DNA of 32,000 bases from Paenibacillus tyrfis. Its GTDB lineage: Bacteria > Bacillota > Bacilli > Paenibacillales > NBRC-103111. This document shows, in pieces, positions 1 through 7,331 of this stretch (its first letter is position 1; every line of letters begins with the position of its first letter). The position numbers and the translations under genes are program-made. The stretch spans positions 148,191 to 180,190 of the forward strand of contig NZ_JAMZAW010000016.1 in assembly GCF_024158745.1 (NCBI RefSeq), read 5' to 3'. The notes beneath the pieces are model-generated. The model was not told the DNA's origin, did no database searches, and saw only the letters and a list, made by a program, of their open reading frames with translations.

Positions 1-368
1 AAGAATGGATCCGGCATACCGCCAAGTGGATCGAGGCGCATTATGCGGAGCCGCTGACCCTCGCCGTGCTGGCGGAAGCGCAGCATGCCAGCCCTTACCA
101 TCTGCACCGCACATTCAAGCGGCTGACCGGGATCACGCCTGCGGAGTATATCGCGGCTACCCGCGTGGAGGCGGCCAAGCGGCGGCTGAAGGAAACCGGC
201 GAGACGGTGACCGAAGTGGCGCTTCGCACGGGCTTTCCGAACGCCGCTTATTTCTCGACCGTATTTCATAAAAGAACCGGGCTCTCGCCGACCGCCTACC
301 GGCAGGCGCAGGAAGCCTCGGGCTCCTATCCGTCGAAGAAGAGAACAGAGGAGGGACGTTCATGTTAG
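1..368 (+). CDS. AraC/XylS-family HTH regulator, C-terminal part (5' end outside the window). AdaA-like by context.
   Basis: Frame 3 is open from base 3 (EWIRHTAKWIEAHYAEPLTLAVLAEAQHASPYHLHRTFKRLTGITPAEY...), so the listed 66..368 ORF continues upstream. It shows a tandem AraC-type HTH signature (TVTEVALRTGFPNAAYFSTVFHKRTGLSP). The stop at 366-368 overlaps the start of a methyltransferase gene, as in adaA-adaB operons. Confidence 0.8.
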   Translation, partial: EWIRHTAKWIEAHYAEPLTLAVLAEAQHASPYHLHRTFKRLTGITPAEYIAATRVEAAKRRLKETGETVTEVALRTGFPNAAYFSTVFHKRTGLSPTAYRQAQEASGSYPSKKRTEEGRSC

Positions 369-970
369 ATACAGCCGCCGTTTCCAACGCGCGGAACGCT
401 TCGCCGACTTCGCGCGGTTCTGTGGAGGACACGCAGACGCAGTACGTTTATTGGACCACCTATCGGGACGGGGATTGGATGCTGAAAATCGCGGCGACAG
501 ATCAGGGACTTTGCCGCGTTCGCTTCCCGAACGAGAAGCCCGGGGCGCTGGCTGCTTGGGCGAGGATTCACTGGCCCGGTGCAGCGCTTGTGGAAAGCGC
601 GGAGGCGCTGCGCCCTTATATGGAGCCGCTCGCCGCTTATTTCCGGGGGGACTGCACCCCGTTCGACCTGCCGCTCGACGTGCGGGGTACCCCCTTTCAG
701 CTCGAGGTCTGGGAAGCGCTCCGGCTCATTCCGTATGGAAGCACCTGGACGTATGCGGAGCTGGCCGCGGTGTTGGGAAGGCCGCTGGCCGCCCGGCCCG
801 TCGGTGCCGCCGTCGGCGCCAATCCACTGCCGATCGTGCTGCCCTGCCACCGGGTGATCGGCAAGGACGGTTCCTTGACCGGCTACCTCGGCGGCCTGGA
901 GGCCAAAAAGCGGCTGCTGCGCCTGGAGGGCTTCCCGCTCCGGGAGGAGCGCGGCTTGCGCAAAAATTAA
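362..970 (+). CDS. ogt: Methylated-DNA--protein-cysteine methyltransferase (Ogt/AdaB type).
   Basis: Active-site motif PCHRVIGKDGSLTGY plus LEAKKRLLRLEG. SD GGAGGG lies 6 nt upstream of ATG 362. The start overlaps the upstream AraC-type gene by 7 nt. Confidence 0.9.
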   Translation: MLDTAAVSNARNASPTSRGSVEDTQTQYVYWTTYRDGDWMLKIAATDQGLCRVRFPNEKPGALAAWARIHWPGAALVESAEALRPYMEPLAAYFRGDCTPFDLPLDVRGTPFQLEVWEALRLIPYGSTWTYAELAAVLGRPLAARPVGAAVGANPLPIVLPCHRVIGKDGSLTGYLGGLEAKKRLLRLEGFPLREERGLRKN

Positions 971-975
971 AGCCC

Positions 976-1014
976 AAAAAGCCGGCTCCTGCCTATCCGC
1001 AAGAGCCGGCTTTT
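976..1014. terminator. Bidirectional intrinsic terminator between convergent ogt and the MFS gene.
   Basis: AAAAAGCCGGCTC (976-988) pairs with GAGCCGGCTTTT (1003-1014). A 10-bp GC-rich stem is flanked by an A-run and a T-run. Confidence 0.7.
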
Positions 1015-1028
1015 CCGTTCATTTCCAA

Positions 1029-2318
1029 TCAAAATGATGCTTCTGCCCGATCCTTCTTCGCCGATCTGGCTTCGCGAACGGCAAAGACGGCGACGAGCAC
1101 AAACGACAGCACCCCGTACAGCAGCACCATGAGCTGCAACCCGATCAAATCCAGCAGCAGCCCCGTGCTCAGCAGAACGACCTGGAACACGACGCGGTCG
1201 AGCATGCTGCGGAACGAGAAGAAGCGGCCGTGGTACGCTTTCGGAATTTGCTTCTGGAACAAGGTCGCCGACGCCGGGAAAAATCCGCCCGCCGCCAAGC
1301 CGAACAGCCCGAACGAAAGCAATGCGCACAGCTTCGAATCGGCAAAAAACAGCAGGCACTGCGCCGCCGCCACAATCGCCGCAAACAGGAACAGGCGGTT
1401 CATCAAGCCGCCGCGGTCGGCCATCCACTTGACCAGAAAACCGGCCAGAATGAAGCTGACCCCTTCCACGGCATAGAGCAGCCCTTTCACCTGCGCATCG
1501 TGCTGCAGCTCGCTGATGTTGATAACCATCAGGTTGAAGCCGCCGATGAACAACGTCGGCACCAGCGTCAGCCAGAGCACCGTCAGCACGGTCGGCTCCG
1601 AACGCAGCAGCGGCAGAAGCGCCTTGAAGCCGCTTTGCTCCGCCGGCGGCGCCTGCCCTGCCGGATCGCTGCCGCGCTGGCCCTTTTCGGCCTGCTCCGG
1701 CTCTCCACGAGATACAGCCGCCGCCCCTTCGTCAGCCTCTTTCGCCTGCCGCAGGCCGGGCTCGGGCACGTTCAGGAAGGCGGTAGACGCAAGCAGCGCC
1801 ACATAAGCCACGAAGGAGGCGACATACAAGCCCTTCAGACTCATCACGGTCAGCATCAGCCCGGCCAAGGTCGTCCCCAGAATGCGCGCGATCGTACCCG
1901 CGTTCATATGTACGCCGTTTAAGGCAAGCAGCTCCCGCTCCTTCACGATCAGCGGAATGACGGACTGCAGTGCCGGGAAATAGAACGCGGCCGATATTTG
2001 CAGCGTCACGGCGAACAGCACCATCCACCAGATGGAATCGAAATACAGTGCAACAAACATAAAGCTGACGCTGACAAGGCGTCCGGCGCCCGAGATCAGC
2101 AGTACCTTTTTCTTCGAGGTCGTGTCGATGACTCGTCCGGCCAGCGGACCGAAGAGCACGCCGGCGAGCAGCCCGGCGAATAAAATAAGCGACTTCATGA
2201 AATCCGAAGGCACCTTCTGCTGCATAAACTCCAAGTTGGCAATAATCGACATCCACAAACCAAGCCCGGCGATAAATTCCCCTGCCAGGACAATCCACAC
2301 GTTCCGGTTCGTCCACAT
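1029..2318 (-). CDS. MFS transporter.
   Basis: About 12 hydrophobic segments with a charged central loop. I moved the start from 2408 to ATG 2318 (MWTNRNVWIVLAGEF...) because AAGGGAGAA lies 6-7 nt upstream. Confidence 0.85.
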   Translation of the reverse strand: MWTNRNVWIVLAGEFIAGLGLWMSIIANLEFMQQKVPSDFMKSLILFAGLLAGVLFGPLAGRVIDTTSKKKVLLISGAGRLVSVSFMFVALYFDSIWWMVLFAVTLQISAAFYFPALQSVIPLIVKERELLALNGVHMNAGTIARILGTTLAGLMLTVMSLKGLYVASFVAYVALLASTAFLNVPEPGLRQAKEADEGAAAVSRGEPEQAEKGQRGSDPAGQAPPAEQSGFKALLPLLRSEPTVLTVLWLTLVPTLFIGGFNLMVINISELQHDAQVKGLLYAVEGVSFILAGFLVKWMADRGGLMNRLFLFAAIVAAAQCLLFFADSKLCALLSFGLFGLAAGGFFPASATLFQKQIPKAYHGRFFSFRSMLDRVVFQVVLLSTGLLLDLIGLQLMVLLYGVLSFVLVAVFAVREARSAKKDRAEASF

Positions 2319-2406
2319 ATACGGTTCTCCCTTAATTTTGAAGCTGTCTCTGGATTGTATACCGAACCGGTCGAAAATGAAAGACTCGTCCGGCAAAATC
2401 AAGCGC

Positions 2407-2445
2407 AAAGCCCATTCTCTCCGGTTATCGAAGGGAATGGGCTTT
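2407..2445 (-). terminator. Probable intrinsic terminator of rsgA.
   Basis: AAAGCCCATTC (2407-2417) pairs with GAATGGGCTTT (2435-2445). On the minus strand the stem is followed by UUUGCGCUUGAUUUU. Confidence 0.5.
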
Positions 2446-2480
2446 GTATGGCTTTGTATGGCCTTGTATGACCTTGAACG
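2441..2480. repeat. Tandem decamer repeat: 2 perfect copies, 1 near-perfect and 1 degenerate.
   Basis: GCTTTGTATG (2441-2450), GCTTTGTATG (2451-2460), GCCTTGTATG (2461-2470), ACCTTGAACG (2471-2480). The first copy forms part of the terminator stem. Confidence 0.9.
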
Positions 2481-2486
2481 GCATAT

Positions 2487-3581
2487 TTAATCCAACGGAC
2501 GCTTCGGATGCTTTTTCATCGATTGGTTGAGCTTCTTCCACCGGTCTTTCTCCGCCCGCTGCAAGCCCTTGTCTTCCTTGCGGGCTTGGAACGCCAGCTC
2601 CTTCTGCAGCTTCACGTAGTTATGGTACCGTCCCCGGTCGAGCGTGCCGTTCTCCAGCGCCTCCTTGACGGCGCAGCCGGGCTCCTCCTGGTGCGTACAG
2701 TTGCCGAACCGGCAGCCCGCGGCAAGCAGATCCACGTCGCGGAAGGCGGCGTCCAAGCCGGATTCCGCATCCCACAGCTGCAATTCCCGCATCCCAGGCG
2801 TATCGATCAGCAGCGCGCCCCCGGGCAGCAGCACAAGCTCGCGGTGGGTCGTCGTATGCCGACCGCGTCCGTCTCCCTCGCGGATCTCCCCGGTGTCCAA
2901 GATGGCCTCGCCGTAAAGCATATTGGCCAACGTGGATTTCCCGGCTCCCGAGGACCCGAGGAGCGCCACCGTCCGTCCCGGCTTCAAATACGCGGACAGC
3001 GCATCCAAGCCTTCGCCTCGTGCAGAACTGATCGCATGCACCGGGACGCCCGGCGCCACGGCTTCTACATCGGCTATTTTGCCCGGTACGTCCTCGCACA
3101 GATCCGCTTTACTGAGCAGCACGACAGGCGCCGCGCCGCTCTCGTAGGATAAGGTCAAGTAGCGTTCCAGCCGCCGCACGTTAAAATCCGCATTCAGCGC
3201 ATGCACCAAAAACACCGTGTCGACATTGGACGCGACGATCTGCTCCTCGACGGCCGACCCGGCTGCTTTGCGCGAAAACTTGCTCTCCCTCGGGAGCACC
3301 GCGTGCACGATCGCGCGTCCGTCCTCCGCCCGCGCCTGCAGCGCCACCCAATCGCCGACGGCGGGATAATCGGCCCGGCCGGCCGCTTGATGCCGGAGCC
3401 GCCCCGATACTTCGGCCAGCAGCTCTCCGCCGGCCGTCACCACGCGGTAAACATGCTTATGCTCCAAAATGATGCGCCCGGGCTCGTGTCCGGCCTCACG
3501 GTAAGGGGCGAACGCCTCCTCCCGCCGGTCGTCCCAGCCCCAATCGCACAGATGGTATACGGTCAATTGTTTTCCTCCCAT
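2487..3581 (-). CDS. rsgA: Ribosome small-subunit-dependent GTPase A (RsgA/YjeQ/EngC family).
   Basis: Circularly permuted GTPase motifs (LLSKADL; GSSGAGKSTL; DTPGMREL) and a C-terminal zinc knuckle (CRFGNCTHQEEPGCAV). The start is ambiguous: ATG 3581 has no SD, whereas TTG 3566 sits 6 nt after GGGAGGA. Confidence 0.9.
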   Translation of the reverse strand: MGGKQLTVYHLCDWGWDDRREEAFAPYREAGHEPGRIILEHKHVYRVVTAGGELLAEVSGRLRHQAAGRADYPAVGDWVALQARAEDGRAIVHAVLPRESKFSRKAAGSAVEEQIVASNVDTVFLVHALNADFNVRRLERYLTLSYESGAAPVVLLSKADLCEDVPGKIADVEAVAPGVPVHAISSARGEGLDALSAYLKPGRTVALLGSSGAGKSTLANMLYGEAILDTGEIREGDGRGRHTTTHRELVLLPGGALLIDTPGMRELQLWDAESGLDAAFRDVDLLAAGCRFGNCTHQEEPGCAVKEALENGTLDRGRYHNYVKLQKELAFQARKEDKGLQRAEKDRWKKLNQSMKKHPKRPLD

Positions 3582-3774
3582 TCTTCATGCCGACAAAACG
3601 GCTGTACCATTTATTGTAATGAACCGGACCGACTGCATCAAAGTAAAAAAAGACTTCTAATCATCTTTTACCGAACTAGCCGTCACGGGAGTTTGTAACC
3701 AGATTGTAACTTTCTTGCCAGTCATTCGTCCTATAATCAAAGCATCAAATCATTACAACCTAGGAGGGACTTTT

Positions 3775-4911
3775 ATGAAAACACCGTTCAAACTATTGAC
3801 TCTCAGCATCGCAGGAGCTTGCCTATTGACCGCAGGCATCCCTGGTTCCCGGGTAAGTGCCGAGCCTTCCTCCGCGAGCGCTCCCGTTCAAGCCGTGCCG
3901 ATCTCCGCTCCCGTTCAGCAAGGTGCCGTCAAAGTATCGGCCAAGGCCGTACAAGAGAAGACCGATCTGTACTCCGCGGATCTGAGCATCCCGGTCATCG
4001 AAGGGCTCAAAGATAAAAAATACCAAGACGAGCTGAACGATATTCTGGAGCGTGATGCGATGAAAGACTTGGAGCTGCTGAAGAAGCAAGCGGAAAATGA
4101 CGCGGCCGAGGCCAAAAAATCGGGCTTTGAATTCAGACCGTACGAGGTCGCCGTCAAGTACGAAGTGAAAGCCGGGGGCGGTGCTGCCGATGCGGACATG
4201 TTCTCCATCGCAGTAACGACCTACGTGTATACAGGAGGAGCCCACGGTTTGCCGCGCACCGACACATACAACGTGCTGAATCAAGACGCCGCGAAGCGGA
4301 TCGAGCTGAAAGACTTGTTCGGCGCGGACTACAAGCAGACGATCGACAAGCACATCAAGGATGAGATCGCCAAGCATCCCGACGATTATTTCAAAGACGG
4401 CTTCGAAGGCATCGCCGATACGCAGTCGTTCTATATTCATCAAGGCAGCGCCGTCATCGTCTTCGGGCCGTACGAGATCGCGCCTTACGCCGCAGGCATG
4501 CCGGAATTCGCCATCCCGCTGCCGAAGCAAGCGCAGGCACCGGGCACCGAAGCGGGCGGCCCGCCGCAGAAGCTTGTCGTGAACGGCACCGAGCTGTCCA
4601 CCGTCGATGCAGCTGTCTACACTGATGCCAAAGGCTCCGTGACCGTGCCTTTGCGGAGCGTCGCCGAAGCTCTTGGCTACGAGCTGAAATGGAACGCCGA
4701 GCAGCAAGCCGTGGAGCTGCATAAAGGAGCCCAGTGGACGATCGTGCGGACGGGCAAGGATGAGTACGTGATCAACAAAATGGCTCCGATCTCCCTGGGC
4801 ACCGCCCCGGCGATCAACAGTGGAGGCAAAATGTACGTGCCGCTGGCCTTTTTCTCGGACATCCTGAAAGCGGACGTGAAGTCCGAAGCCGGGACGATCA
4901 CGATCCGTTAG
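3775..4911 (+). CDS. Secreted DUF4163/DUF3298 (RsiV/PdaC-like) protein with a C-terminal copper-amine-oxidase-N-like stalk domain.
   Basis: I moved the start to ATG 3775 (AGGAGGG SD; signal-peptide-like MKTPFKLLTLSIAGACLLTAG). DUF3298 hallmarks are YTGGAHG and YEIAPYAAGMPEF. The C-terminus (VNGTEL...VPLRSVAEALGYELKW...MYVPLAFF) is typical of the stalk domain. Confidence 0.75.
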   Translation: MKTPFKLLTLSIAGACLLTAGIPGSRVSAEPSSASAPVQAVPISAPVQQGAVKVSAKAVQEKTDLYSADLSIPVIEGLKDKKYQDELNDILERDAMKDLELLKKQAENDAAEAKKSGFEFRPYEVAVKYEVKAGGGAADADMFSIAVTTYVYTGGAHGLPRTDTYNVLNQDAAKRIELKDLFGADYKQTIDKHIKDEIAKHPDDYFKDGFEGIADTQSFYIHQGSAVIVFGPYEIAPYAAGMPEFAIPLPKQAQAPGTEAGGPPQKLVVNGTELSTVDAAVYTDAKGSVTVPLRSVAEALGYELKWNAEQQAVELHKGAQWTIVRTGKDEYVINKMAPISLGTAPAINSGGKMYVPLAFFSDILKADVKSEAGTITIR

Positions 4912-4931
4912 TTCCGCCTATAGACCAAGAA

Positions 4932-4954
4932 AGAGCGCTTAACGGCGCTCTTTT
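4932..4954 (+). terminator. Intrinsic terminator.
   Basis: AGAGCGC (4932-4938), a 6-nt loop, then GCGCTCT (4945-51) followed by TTTT. Confidence 0.7.
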
Positions 4955-5084
4955 GCTTTGCATAAAAAACAAACGTTAAAAAGCAACTTGTCGCTTTCTA
5001 TAAAAAGGATTCGGCTGCCCGGATGGAGAATTAGGCATGAACACCAACCGACATTAAATCGGAAACAAAGGACGGCTGCATTTT

Positions 5085-6026
5085 ATGAAACTCGACCGGC
5101 TGCTGGCCATCACCATGCTGCTGCTTAACCGCAAACGGGTAAGCGCCAAGGAATTGTCCGAGCGCTTCGAAGTGTCGCTGCGGACGGTGTACCGGGATAT
5201 CGAAGCGATCAATCAAGCGGGGATTCCGATCGTTTCTTACGCCGGTCAGACCGGCGGCTACGAGATTACGGACCGCTACCGGCTGGACCGTCAGCTCCTG
5301 TCCTTCGACGAGCTCCAGTCGCTCATCGTCGCGCTGCGCGGCATGCAGACCACCTTGGACGACCGGCATTTCGGCAGTCTGCTGGACAAAGTCGGCGCGC
5401 TTCTGGCGAAATCCGAGCAAGGAAGCGTGACAGACGCATCCAAGCAGATCATTATCGATATGAATCCCTGGAGGAACGGTACCGCCGACAAAGAAAAGCT
5501 GGAAACGCTGAGGCAGGCGATCCGGGAAAACCGGCTCACCGCCTTTGAGTATACGAACGGGAAAGGGGAGCAGGCCGAGCGTCTGTGCGAACCGATGAGC
5601 GTGGTGCTAAAAGGCTACGTGTGGTACATGTACGGCTATTGCCGGCTGCGGGAAGATTTTCGGATATTCCGGCTGTCACGGATGCGGAATTTGCAAGCCG
5701 GAACGGAGACGTTCGAACCTCGCCAGCTGCCGACGGAAGCATTGGATACCCGCTGGATGCGGCGCGATTCTCCCCATTCCGTGAATCTCGTGCTGCAATT
5801 CAATCCGAAGGTCCGGGTTCCGGTGGTGGATTATTACAAGCCCGAGCAAATCGAGTATGGCCCGGACGGGACGCTCATCGTTCGCGCTTCCCATCCGGAC
5901 GCGCCATGGACGTACGCCCATCTGCTGTCGTACGGTCCCCATGTGAAGGTGCTGGAGCCGGAAGCCGTCGCCCGGCGGGTGCGGGAGGAGGCACTAGCCA
6001 TCGCGCGGCTCTACGAGCAACCCTGA
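5085..6026 (+). CDS. HTH-WYL domain transcriptional regulator (YafY-like).
   Basis: N-terminal HTH_11-like sequence (RVSAKELSERFEVSLRTVYRDIEAINQAGIPI), a central WYL region (KGYVWYMYGYCRLREDFRIFRLSRM) and a C-terminal WCX-like tail. Confidence 0.85.
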   Translation: MKLDRLLAITMLLLNRKRVSAKELSERFEVSLRTVYRDIEAINQAGIPIVSYAGQTGGYEITDRYRLDRQLLSFDELQSLIVALRGMQTTLDDRHFGSLLDKVGALLAKSEQGSVTDASKQIIIDMNPWRNGTADKEKLETLRQAIRENRLTAFEYTNGKGEQAERLCEPMSVVLKGYVWYMYGYCRLREDFRIFRLSRMRNLQAGTETFEPRQLPTEALDTRWMRRDSPHSVNLVLQFNPKVRVPVVDYYKPEQIEYGPDGTLIVRASHPDAPWTYAHLLSYGPHVKVLEPEAVARRVREEALAIARLYEQP

Positions 6027-6042
6027 CATACAGTTGTCAGGG
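6021..6042. promoter_or_regulatory. Perfect 8-bp inverted repeat between the WYL regulator gene and the dinB-family gene. It could be an operator or a hairpin.
   Basis: CCCTGACA (6021-6028), TACAGT, then TGTCAGGG (6035-6042). It overlaps the regulator's stop codon and has no T-run after it. Confidence 0.35.
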
Positions 6043-6098
6043 AATCTATGCTATTGTAAAGAAGTACGCTAAATTGCGAGCACAGGGAGGAATTCGAG

Positions 6099-6599
6099 AT
6101 GTTTGTAAAAACAGCCGATTTTATAGCCGAATGGCAGCAAGAAGCAGCCGCTACCCAGAGAGTCATGGATACCTTGACCGACGAAGCCTTGGATCAGGCG
6201 GTTACTCCGGACCATCGGACGCTTGGACAGCTTGCCTGGCATCTGACGACGACCGTGCATGAGATGCTGTCTCGGACCGGCCTGGAATTCGCATCGGCCG
6301 GAGACGACCAGCATGCGCCGGCCTCGGCAGCCGTGATTGCCGAAGCTTACCGGAACGCCTCTCAAGCGGCGTTGAATGCCGTTCAAACCCAGTGGACCGA
6401 CGCCAAGCTGGCGGAAACGACGGAAATGTACGGCGACACGTGGCCGAATGGCCTGACCTTGCGGATTTTAATCCAGCATCAGATCCATCACCGGGGCCAA
6501 ATGACCGTCCTGATGCGCCAGGCCGGGCTCAGGGTTCCGGACATCTACGGCCCGACGCGGGAAGATTGGCTGGAAAGCGGCATGCAGCCGCATATCTGA
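6099..6599 (+). CDS. DinB-superfamily (YfiT-like four-helix-bundle) protein.
   Basis: Size and His-triad-type pattern (LAWHLTTTVHE ... IQHQIHHRGQMTVLMRQAG). SD GGGAGG upstream of ATG 6099. Confidence 0.8.
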   Translation: MFVKTADFIAEWQQEAAATQRVMDTLTDEALDQAVTPDHRTLGQLAWHLTTTVHEMLSRTGLEFASAGDDQHAPASAAVIAEAYRNASQAALNAVQTQWTDAKLAETTEMYGDTWPNGLTLRILIQHQIHHRGQMTVLMRQAGLRVPDIYGPTREDWLESGMQPHI

Positions 6600-6781
6600 C
6601 CAGGCTAACGCCACGACGCCGAGCGTTTCATCCGACTGAAAACAGTCAGCCTGAGTCTAAGAAGCAAGACATGAATATGTGGCGTATGCAGTGAATACGT
6701 GATATTTATAGATAGTATCAGTAACTGATATTTACTCCGATTAAATCAGAGATTGTCTCAGTTGAAATTTGGGAACACTAA

Positions 6782-6817
6782 AAAGAGCCGCAGTGCGCCA
6801 ACACTAAACGGCTCTTT
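6782..6817 (-). terminator. Orphan hairpin, terminator-like on the minus strand.
   Basis: AAAGAGCCG (6782-6790) pairs with CGGCTCTTT (6809-6817) across an 18-nt loop. On the minus strand the stem runs into CUCUUUUUAG. Confidence 0.3.
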
Positions 6818-6866
6818 GGATAAACGAAGCTGTGGTCTACCCCACGGCGCGCATAGTTTTCAATCT

Positions 6867-6921
6867 AAGCGAAAAACCACCGGTCAGGGCTGCAACCTTA
6901 TTGACGGTGGTTTTTTCGCTT
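6867..6921. terminator. Long orphan bidirectional terminator hairpin.
   Basis: AAGCGAAAAACCACCGGTCA (6867-6886) pairs with TGACGGTGGTTTTTTCGCTT (6902-6921). The GC core CCACCG/CGGTGG is flanked by A5 and T6. No listed gene ends here. Confidence 0.6.
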
Positions 6922-7026
6922 GCTTAGCTTCCGTTTGATCAACTTGAACAGCTTCCTACCGCTCAGCCATAAGCTGAGTATAGTTGCAATCCATTTGACT
7001 ACATCCAGCACCCTATCCTTTTGCAT
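6898..7026 (-). CDS. Possible 42-aa micro-ORF with a short hydrophobic segment and a strongly basic tail.
   Basis: By hand translation it reads MQKDRVLDVVKWIATILSLWLSGRKLFKLIKRKLSKRKNHRQ. The stop TAA (6898-6900) lies in the loop of the 6867-6921 hairpin. The SD is poor (GGAG directly abuts the ATG), so coding status is doubtful. Confidence 0.25.
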   Translation of the reverse strand: MQKDRVLDVVKWIATILSLWLSGRKLFKLIKRKLSKRKNHRQ

Positions 7027-7116
7027 CTCCGCTAACGCACATTTTCCCACTCACCCAATCAAGGGGCCTCTGACCATCATAAGGTATACTAGGTCAAACG
7101 GAAGGAGGATGGATGT

Positions 7117-7215
7117 ATGAGCTGCGTAAAAGGGGTTGGCGGTTTTACTTCTACGGGCGTAATCCTCGTATTGTTTATTTTGTTGGTAATCGTATCTTGT
7201 GCCGTCTGGTTCTAA
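7117..7215 (+). CDS. YjcZ-like small sporulation membrane protein (32 aa). It is too short for the ORF track.
   Basis: By hand translation it reads MSCVKGVGGFTSTGVILVLFILLVIVSCAVWF. The Gly-rich N-terminus followed by a VLFILLVIV core matches the YjcZ family pattern. A strong SD GGAAGGAGGA (7100-7109) lies upstream and an intrinsic terminator follows directly. Confidence 0.6.
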   Translation: MSCVKGVGGFTSTGVILVLFILLVIVSCAVWF

Positions 7216-7228
7216 TTCGAGGCACAAG

Positions 7229-7255
7229 GCCCGGGCGGCGGCCTGGGCTTTTTTT
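7229..7255 (+). terminator. Intrinsic terminator of the YjcZ-like micro-ORF.
   Basis: GCCCGGGC, loop GGCG, then GCCTGGGC (one G-U pair), followed by T7 (7249-7255). Confidence 0.7.
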
Positions 7256-7331
7256 CTTACATCACGGGCATACGGGAAGGGGGCTCGCTGCGAACCCCCT
7301 CTTTTGGCATTCCTCCAGCAACCTCAATTTC

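Noticed and set aside
451-1476. 341-aa plus-strand ORF spanning ogt, the terminator and the MFS gene, plus similar long ORFs at 1230..1922, 1732..2316 and 11652..12731.
   Set aside because: They cross a strong terminator and overlap well-supported genes in other frames or strands. They have Arg/Pro/Ala-rich shadow composition.
2441-2480. Possible CRISPR-like or minisatellite array.
   Set aside because: It has only 3-4 directly abutting 10-bp units with no spacers and no cas genes. I report it as a simple tandem repeat instead.
6753-7120. 61-aa and 66-aa plus-strand ORFs (6753..6938 and 6920..7120), and the 157-aa ORF at 7113..7586.
   Set aside because: The first two read straight through stable hairpins and have no SD. 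The 157-aa ORF runs antisense into the LysR gene, and the YjcZ-like frame starting 4 nt later explains the SD and terminator much better.
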